This document shows, in pieces, positions 9,118 to 15,803 of a stretch of 64,000 nt of DNA. Under the pieces are notes generated by a model, which was not told the DNA's origin, ran no database searches, and saw only the letters and a list, made by a program, of their open reading frames with translations. How positions within the stretch are numbered: the first letter of the stretch is position 1; each line of letters begins with the position of its first letter. The stretch is from assembly GCA_963764175.1 (NCBI GenBank), contig CAVXRE010000015.1, forward strand, positions 9,461 through 73,460, in the 5' to 3' direction. The position numbers were made by a program, and so were the translations under genes. The stretch comes from an uncultured Verrucomicrobiae bacterium (lineage in GTDB: Bacteria; Verrucomicrobiota; Verrucomicrobiia; Limisphaerales; UBA11358).

Positions 9118-10260
9118 TTATTTCATGTCCGCAACTTTGGTGGATTTCTGTGGCGCGGCAAAAATTGCATGCGACAGTCCGTCGGAGGTGGCGAACCAAG
9201 CTTCCTGGTCGTCGGCCCAGATGCCGAGGACGAAATTGTTCGGAAGGTGGGTGGGCATCGTTCGGGTCTCGACGGGCTGGCCGGGACGCGCGATTTCAAC
9301 GATGCCTGCGCCATTTTCGTCGTTTCGATAATTGACCCAGGTATCGCCGTCGGTGACGGCAATGCCGCGGTCGGTGCCCACCCAGGCGACGTGGCCGCGG
9401 GGCCAGATGAAGTTGACAAAGTTGGAAGGGAGCGGTGATTTTTTCTCCTGCCACGTGCGCCAGCGCGAGCCGTCGTAGCGCGACATGCCAAAATAGGTTC
9501 CCTGCCAAAGGATGCCATCCTCCCAGGCAATCCAGGAAGTGATATCGGCAACCGGGCCGGCATCATGCATGAGTTCAAAGTGAAAATCGCGGTCCGGATC
9601 GCGGTATTCCTTGAAAATCCCGCTGACCGGATTGTACTCGAGAATGCCGCCGCCCCAGACACCCACGAAGACCCGGTCCTTCGCGCCTTTCACCGCATAG
9701 ACCCACGGTTCGTGCATGACGGTGTTGTTCTGGTCGTAAATGCTCCAGGAACCGGTCTTGAGATCCAACGCCCCCAGGCCTGCGGCGGTGGCCACCCAGA
9801 GCGTGTCATCCATGATGTCCAAGCCATAAACGACGTTGTTCGGCAGGCCGCTGTCGGTCTGGGTGTAGGTGGTTATGCGGCCGGCGCTGTAGCGGTTCAA
9901 CCCGCGCATGGTGCCGATCCACATGTCGCCGGTGCGCTTGTCCTCCACCATACACATCACCATCCGGTGACTAAGGCCCTCGTTTGTGCCGATGAGGCGG
10001 AACTTTCCGTCCTCGAGCACCAAGGCGCCGCCGTAGGTGCCCACCCAGAGTTTGCCGTCGCTGGCGCGCAACACGCAGTGGACCTTGTGCGTGGGCATTC
10101 CGTCCTTCATTTGGAAGTTTTCAAACCGGTCAATCAATGGGAATGGCAGGGGCGGGTTGTTCGTCGTGGTATCCGCGGCGCGGACGCCAGGTGCGCCGGC
10201 GAAGGAAAGCAGCAGCGCGATTCCCGCCAGGAGCGTCGGAAAATTTAACTTGGGGTTCAT
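9118..10260 (-). CDS. Stand-alone 'two-component regulator propeller' (Reg_prop) beta-propeller, secreted
   Basis: Signal peptide; repeated LWVGT.GG, GL(S/P).N.V and WIGT.RGL blades; no kinase domain. Confidence 0.8.
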   Translation of the reverse strand: MNPKLNFPTLLAGIALLLSFAGAPGVRAADTTTNNPPLPFPLIDRFENFQMKDGMPTHKVHCVLRASDGKLWVGTYGGALVLEDGKFRLIGTNEGLSHRMVMCMVEDKRTGDMWIGTMRGLNRYSAGRITTYTQTDSGLPNNVVYGLDIMDDTLWVATAAGLGALDLKTGSWSIYDQNNTVMHEPWVYAVKGAKDRVFVGVWGGGILEYNPVSGIFKEYRDPDRDFHFELMHDAGPVADITSWIAWEDGILWQGTYFGMSRYDGSRWRTWQEKKSPLPSNFVNFIWPRGHVAWVGTDRGIAVTDGDTWVNYRNDENGAGIVEIARPGQPVETRTMPTHLPNNFVLGIWADDQEAWFATSDGLSHAIFAAPQKSTKVADMK

Positions 10261-10270
10261 GGTTTTCGGT

Positions 10271-12223
10271 TCAGAGGATTTTCAAGTATTCAACCAGGTC
10301 GTTGAGCTGGATTTTATTCATGTAACTGGTTACGCCGTGCGTATCGTTGGTGCTGTAGAGCGTCCAGATTTCCTCGAGGGACTGCGCGCGGCCGTCATGG
10401 AGATACGGCGCGGTGTCGGCGACGCCCAGCAGATGCGGGGTGTCAAACATTCCCCCGGTGCCGACGTCAAACGACAGCCGCACCGAGTACAGCGGCGGGC
10501 GATGGCAGGTCGCGCACCGGCGTTCGTGCGGGATCTCCTTGCCGGTCGTGGTCATGGTGGCAAAGAAGATGGCCTTGCCGCGTTCCTGCGACGGCGTCAG
10601 TTTTCCGTCCGCGCTGAGGCCCATGACGCGCTGAGGCGGAAGCGACTTGATGAACGTCGTCAGGTCCGACAATTCCTTCGGGGGAATCGGGTCGGTACGC
10701 ATCAGCACCTTGGCGAAGCGCGGGCCGCATTGCACTTCGAGGCTCGGATTTTTCCCGTTCCACTTGAACGGTTCGGTGCCGGCCACGCCCATCAGGCTGC
10801 GGTTGTCGAGCAGGTTGTCGCCAATGCCGGTCGTGTCAAAATCGTAACTCAGGCCGTCCACATGCCCGTCGGGGTGGCAGGAGCGGCAGGAGAATTGATG
10901 CTGGAAGGTGTAAGCCGCCCGGGTGAAAACCCGCTCGCCGCGCCGGATGGGATCGTTCAGTCCGCCGTCGCCCAGCACAATCCGGCCCTGCACCGCCAGG
11001 CTTTTCGCGTCCACCACGAGGATGCTGTCCTGCAACCGTTCGGCGACAAACAAAGTGCCGCCGTCCGGGCTGAGCGTCAGTTGCTTCGGATTGCGCTCGG
11101 TGGGAATGCGGGCGGTGACGTATTCAGGCGAGAGTGACATGTCATAAATCGCCTCCTGTCTGGCCGTGGAGTCCGCTTTTTCCAGCCATCCGGCCAAACG
11201 GTCCAAATCCACGACGGTGACCACATCGCCGCCGCCGGAGGCGACAAAGGCGCGCTGGCCGGCCGGGTCCACCGCAATGCCGGACGGATCGGCAAAATAA
11301 TTGTTGGCCTCGTCGAGCGGCATCTGGATGACATCGCCGGTTTTGGTGTCGGTGACCGCCAGACCGCTCGACATCACCCAGCCATTGGCGACCTGCGTGA
11401 TGGGGACGAGATTGCGCACCTTGACCAGCGGCGTCAGCATCCACGACCGCGTTGGCACGGCGCAGATGGCTTCGGAAAGGTGTGCTGAATCGAGCGCTTC
11501 GCGGCGCACCGTGCGTGCGGTCATGGGATTGATCTCGGTGATTTCCGACGCGGGAATGGTTTTGACCGAGACCAGCCGGACCATGCGATTGGCGACGAAG
11601 GCGCGGGTTCCATCCGGCGCAACCGCCACGGCAAACGGCTCACGACCCGCCGATGGCCGGCCCAATTCCCGCAACGGCGAGACGGAGAGGACGGAAATGT
11701 CGTCGGACATGGAATTGGCCACCACCAAGCGGTCGCCGGCCGCAGTGCGGCAAAAGGCCACGGCCACCGGTGCCATGCCCACGGCGATTGAGCCGGTTTC
11801 CTGAAGCGTTTGCGTGTCCAGCACCGCCAGCCGGTCGCCGGCCCGGCAGGTGACGAAGAGATTTTTCCCGGCCGTGTCCAGGGCCAGTCCAAACGGCCGG
11901 CCAGGCACCGTGACCCGGCGCAGGACCTGCCGCGTGGCGGTGTCCGCCTCGGCCACTTGGTCGCGGTCATCCAGGGCGATGTAAATGTTGCGGCCATCCG
12001 GTGAAACCACCAGGCCGGCCGGTGCGTCGTGATGCGGGCGGGGCTGGGCCCAGCGCAACCGTGACGTGGAAACGAGGTGACAATTGTAGCAGGTGACGCT
12101 GGTGAGGTTTTTCTGGCCGGACATCTCGCGCATGTGGTCAATCCAGTAGTATTGCCTGAGCCAGAGCGCGACACCGGCGAGGCCCGCCACGACTAGCACG
12201 ATGATGATGAGGCGCTTTTTCAT
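10271..12223 (-). CDS. Membrane-anchored tri-heme protein: CxxCH + YVTN beta-propeller + di-heme CcP/MauG-like domain (HzsB-HzsC fusion-like)
   Basis: N-terminal TM helix; CYNCH (12077-12091); YVTN blades (VANSMSDDISV, SPDGGTLFVA); CRSCH (10874-10888); CATCH (10502-10516); FDTPHL..APYLHDG; HGVTS..DLVEYLKIL. Confidence 0.8.
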   Translation of the reverse strand: MKKRLIIIVLVVAGLAGVALWLRQYYWIDHMREMSGQKNLTSVTCYNCHLVSTSRLRWAQPRPHHDAPAGLVVSPDGRNIYIALDDRDQVAEADTATRQVLRRVTVPGRPFGLALDTAGKNLFVTCRAGDRLAVLDTQTLQETGSIAVGMAPVAVAFCRTAAGDRLVVANSMSDDISVLSVSPLRELGRPSAGREPFAVAVAPDGTRAFVANRMVRLVSVKTIPASEITEINPMTARTVRREALDSAHLSEAICAVPTRSWMLTPLVKVRNLVPITQVANGWVMSSGLAVTDTKTGDVIQMPLDEANNYFADPSGIAVDPAGQRAFVASGGGDVVTVVDLDRLAGWLEKADSTARQEAIYDMSLSPEYVTARIPTERNPKQLTLSPDGGTLFVAERLQDSILVVDAKSLAVQGRIVLGDGGLNDPIRRGERVFTRAAYTFQHQFSCRSCHPDGHVDGLSYDFDTTGIGDNLLDNRSLMGVAGTEPFKWNGKNPSLEVQCGPRFAKVLMRTDPIPPKELSDLTTFIKSLPPQRVMGLSADGKLTPSQERGKAIFFATMTTTGKEIPHERRCATCHRPPLYSVRLSFDVGTGGMFDTPHLLGVADTAPYLHDGRAQSLEEIWTLYSTNDTHGVTSYMNKIQLNDLVEYLKIL

Positions 12224-13683
12224 CAGTTGGATTTGGTTTGGGCCGTCCCGGTATTTTTCAGTGCCACCGATGTTATCGGCACACTCACGGCCAGGGGACG
12301 ATGGTTGTGCGGCGCATGGTTGCGCGGTTCGTGACAGCCGATGCAGGCGCGGTTTTCAGCCGGCCGCACCCAGAACATCGGCGCTTCGTACCGCAGTACC
12401 CGACCGTTTTCATCGAGTGTTTCGAAACCGAGCGGGACATCAGCCGGCACTTCTGCCAGAAACGAACCATCGGTTTGAACCGGCACCTCGCCGAGCGAGC
12501 TGACCTTCCCCGGCGACGTTTCCGCGAGCATACGAATATGGGTGGCCACGGGCATTGCTCCGGCCACGGGGTCGCTGGAAAAATTCGCGTTCAGGCAGAG
12601 GATTTTTCCGGTTGATTTTGTTGGGTCCATGCCCGAAATCCGGCCCATGGGACTTGGGCGTGAGGCCAATTCGACCGCTTCACAATCATTCCACGCGGGA
12701 TCCGCCAGGAGCGGCGTGTCCAATGTGGTCGCGGTCGAACCCACCCGGAACAGCGCGAGTGAAGTTCCAGCACCCGGTGGGTTTTCAGCGCACACCAGCA
12801 AATCGCCATTGCCGGCAGGTTGCACCGAGCTGACCCGGCCGGTGACACCGGGAAACAGCGGTGTGCGGCCCTGAAATGGCCGGGCCAGGCGTACCAATTC
12901 CGGCACGCCGCCCGGTAAGACGGAACCGGACTTTGAGACCAGAAAGACGATGCGGCCATCGTTGAGCAACCGGGGCTGCTGGATGACGGAGTCGGGAGAT
13001 TCCGGGCTGGCGAAGGCGGTGATTTCCGTGCCGTCGTTGTTGATCGTAAACAGGGCCGGGCCGGAGGTGGAGTTGACCGATTCCGGCGATGGGGTTGAGA
13101 CAAACAGGATTCTTCCGTCGCCCAACATCGTTGGCTCGGTGATGCCGCGGGAGCTGAAGGTCAACAGGTGCGGCGGGCTGCCGGCTGGTTGAACATAAAG
13201 CGCGGACGGTGGCTGGCCGGGATTGATTCCGCCGCTTTTGGGCACTGGCGAGGCGAACACCAGGCTTCCGTTCGGAAGCAACGCCGGACTCATGGCACCA
13301 CCGGGAATCGAGGTCAACTGCTGAAGCCGGCCATCCGCCAAATCCTCCTGATAAATCTGCCACTCCGCGGTGGAACTCGTTTTGCCCGCAAAAAAAACGC
13401 GCCGGCCATCGTAGGAAACCACCGGATCACCGGCAGCGGTCAAACCTTCGGAAAGCACCTGAACACGGCCGGAACCCAACGGCGCTTCGATTAGTACGAC
13501 GCGGCTGCCAGGCGGATAACGCAAATCCAAAATATCAGAGGCCGGAGTCACGGCGGCGTTGACCGGCGATTGCGTGAGGATCAGCGCGCCGACGGGCGGC
13601 ATGGGTTTGCGGCAGCCGGCGCCCGCCAGCAAAACGAGGCCGGCGGCAAGCATGGAAATTTTAAAATGGCTGGCGGGGTTCAC
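12223..13683 (-). CDS. Hydrazine synthase alpha (HzsA)-like lipoprotein: TolB-like propeller + HZS_alpha middle domain with one CxxCH
   Basis: Probable GTG start at 13683 with LAGAGC lipobox. DPVVSYDGRRVFFAG..WQIY and LFTINNDGT propeller motifs; LGEVPVQTDGSFLAEVPADVPLGFETLDENG..WVRPAENRACIGCHE. TGATG overlap with the next gene. Confidence 0.85.
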   Translation of the reverse strand: MNPASHFKISMLAAGLVLLAGAGCRKPMPPVGALILTQSPVNAAVTPASDILDLRYPPGSRVVLIEAPLGSGRVQVLSEGLTAAGDPVVSYDGRRVFFAGKTSSTAEWQIYQEDLADGRLQQLTSIPGGAMSPALLPNGSLVFASPVPKSGGINPGQPPSALYVQPAGSPPHLLTFSSRGITEPTMLGDGRILFVSTPSPESVNSTSGPALFTINNDGTEITAFASPESPDSVIQQPRLLNDGRIVFLVSKSGSVLPGGVPELVRLARPFQGRTPLFPGVTGRVSSVQPAGNGDLLVCAENPPGAGTSLALFRVGSTATTLDTPLLADPAWNDCEAVELASRPSPMGRISGMDPTKSTGKILCLNANFSSDPVAGAMPVATHIRMLAETSPGKVSSLGEVPVQTDGSFLAEVPADVPLGFETLDENGRVLRYEAPMFWVRPAENRACIGCHEPRNHAPHNHRPLAVSVPITSVALKNTGTAQTKSN

Positions 13684-13685
13684 GT

Positions 13686-15410
13686 TTATTGCCGTTCGCC
13701 GGGTTCGCGGACCTTGAGGATTTGATCCACCTTGACGTTGGTCAGTTCCTGAACCTGTTTGCTCGGCCACAGGATTTCGATGCGATCCACGTTGGTCGCC
13801 TGGCCCAGACCGAAGTGTGGCCGACGGTCGCTTTGCATGAGGAAGCCCGACGCGCAGCGCGCTTCGGCAAAATAGGTTTTGCCGCCGGCGGTGACCTTCA
13901 CTTTTGCGCCGAAGCCGTCACGGTTGCTCTTCGTGCCTTCGAGATCGAGCGTAATCCAGTGGTTGCCGGATTTGTCCCGGTTGCGGAGCAGGAAAGGCCG
14001 GTTGCCAATCGTGGTGACGATGATGTCCATGTGGCCATCATTGTTGTAATCCGCCACGGCGCTGCCACGGGCGTTGATTTTGGTTTTGAAATATGCGCCG
14101 CCCCTGGCCGCCGCGTCCGTGAAAGTGCCGTCGCCCCGGTTTTCCAGCAGCAAACTTTCCCAGCCGACAAGGTAATGCGGATCGCCGTTGGCAATAAAGA
14201 TGTCGAGCTTGCCGCTGTTGTCGTAGTCCAGAAAGCAACCGCCCCAGCCGACAAATTGCGCGGTCAGTGAACCGAGACCCGACGCCATCATGCGGTCGTC
14301 AAAAATCCCGTTGGTCGTGCCCATATAAAGCGAGCCGTAGCCCAGCCGGGTGACGAGAATGTCTTCGATGCCGTCGTTGTTGCAGTCGCCGATGGTGGCG
14401 GCCATGGAACCGGCGGCCTCGCCCATCGCGTTGAAGGCCACGCCGGCCTGCAGCGCCCTGTCCTGGAAATGGCCCTTGCCGTCGTTCACCAGCAGCAGGT
14501 TCGGCGTGCCGTCATCCGAAATGTAAAGGTCCGGCGCGCCATCGTTGTTGTAGTCGAACATGGCCACGGACATCGCCCGGTGCCCGGGAATTTCGATGCC
14601 GGAAGATTTGCTGACGTCCTCGAACGTGCCGTCGCCGCGATTGTGATACAGCTTGTTGAATTGCGGTTTATAGGAAAGCGGGCCGGGATAGGCGTCGGGG
14701 TTGTAGTAAAGCTGATAGCTGGGATCGAAGGTGAGGTAGTTCGCGACAAAGAGGTCGAGTTTGCCGTCATTGTCCGCGTCGAAAAAGACCGCGCCGATGC
14801 CCGTGCCGCCGATATTCCCAACACCGGCCTTTTCCGTGACATCTTCGAACGTGCCGTCACCGCGATTGTGGAAAAGATAGGAACGTCCCACGCCGACGAC
14901 ATAAAGGTCGGTGTGGCCGTCGTTGTCATAATCGCCGGCGACGGCGGCGGTGCAATAGCCGAGGCCGCCCAACCCGGCCTTTTCCGTGACGTCCTCGAAC
15001 GTTCCATCGCCGCGATTGCGGTAAAGCCGCGGCCCCACGCGGGCCGTGCCGGGCGCATGATGCGTGACGCCATCGAGCGGGCCGGAGTTCACCAGGAACA
15101 AATCCATATATCCGTCGCCGTCGTAGTCCAGCCAGCACCCGCCCGCGCCGTTGGACTCGATAATGTTCGCAATTTTTGTGTCGCAGAACTGGTTGACGAA
15201 TTGAATGCCGGCCTGGATGGTGACATCCTCGAACAAATCATCCGGCCCGGCGGGAATCGGCGGAATGACTGCCAGCGCTGGAATCGGCAAGGGTGTCGAG
15301 CCGGCGGCACGGCCGGTGAGATGTCGATTGACCGCAACGGCAACCAGTGCCAGGGCCAGGCAGGCGGCACCGAGGGCGGCGATTTTGCAGAAGAAACATT
15401 TGTTGTTCAT
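13686..15410 (-). CDS. CRTAC1-family FG-GAP / ASPIC-UnbV protein, first gene of the operon
   Basis: ATG 15410; signal/anchor; DYDGDG and DYDNDG repeats; LEGTKSNRDGFGAKV..HFGLG..WPS. Confidence 0.9.
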   Translation of the reverse strand: MNNKCFFCKIAALGAACLALALVAVAVNRHLTGRAAGSTPLPIPALAVIPPIPAGPDDLFEDVTIQAGIQFVNQFCDTKIANIIESNGAGGCWLDYDGDGYMDLFLVNSGPLDGVTHHAPGTARVGPRLYRNRGDGTFEDVTEKAGLGGLGYCTAAVAGDYDNDGHTDLYVVGVGRSYLFHNRGDGTFEDVTEKAGVGNIGGTGIGAVFFDADNDGKLDLFVANYLTFDPSYQLYYNPDAYPGPLSYKPQFNKLYHNRGDGTFEDVSKSSGIEIPGHRAMSVAMFDYNNDGAPDLYISDDGTPNLLLVNDGKGHFQDRALQAGVAFNAMGEAAGSMAATIGDCNNDGIEDILVTRLGYGSLYMGTTNGIFDDRMMASGLGSLTAQFVGWGGCFLDYDNSGKLDIFIANGDPHYLVGWESLLLENRGDGTFTDAAARGGAYFKTKINARGSAVADYNNDGHMDIIVTTIGNRPFLLRNRDKSGNHWITLDLEGTKSNRDGFGAKVKVTAGGKTYFAEARCASGFLMQSDRRPHFGLGQATNVDRIEILWPSKQVQELTNVKVDQILKVREPGERQ

Positions 15411-15510
15411 AAGAAAATGCCGGATGCCGGCGTGAAGCAATGACCGGTGCCGGGCCGTTTGACGATGGAGCACAGCTTGATGGCCGGCACCGAGTCTTGT
15501 GAAATCAGCT

Positions 15511-15539
15511 TATGATAATAATAAGTAATTATTCTCATA
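15511..15539. promoter_or_regulatory. AT-rich imperfect palindrome, Fur-box-like
   Basis: TATGATAATAAT-AAGTA-ATTATTCTCATA: 12-bp arms with 1 mismatch, containing the GATAAT hexamer. Confidence 0.35.
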
Positions 15540-15585
15540 CTGTGTAATTAACTTTTACAATACATTCTTGTGCGGCCAAATTGTT

Positions 15586-15619
15586 CTGGGACATCCGGTC
15601 CGCTTTTGGGGACAAACGG
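15586..15619 (-). promoter_or_regulatory. LytTR/AlgR-type direct-repeat site upstream of the hzs-like operon
   Basis: GGGACA at 15588 and 15609 (21-bp period). Minus strand reads CCGTTTGTCCC and CCGGATGTCCC; same core, spacing and orientation as the site at 1132-1165. Confidence 0.6.
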
Positions 15620-15803
15620 AGCCAAAGCCGGGTTTTTTGATGTATCGGCCGCAACCAGCAACGGAAACGTCACGGGATTGGGCCCTTTGGCGGATCCTCC
15701 AGTTTGCGCTTTTCCTCCGGCCGGTTTCACGGTTAAGTAGGCGTGAATCACTCATCACGGTGTAAAACCATGAACCGTGGGAGCGAATGAACCTGTTCGG
15801 CCT

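Noticed and set aside
10271-13683. Claim that the organism performs anammox / that these are true hzsABC genes
   Set aside because: There is no HAO-like octaheme hydrazine dehydrogenase in the window, key ligands differ (no Tyr after the alpha CxxCH, no CGRD Asp, no alpha-II heme), and the context is a sugar-degrading heterotroph. No gene symbol was assigned.
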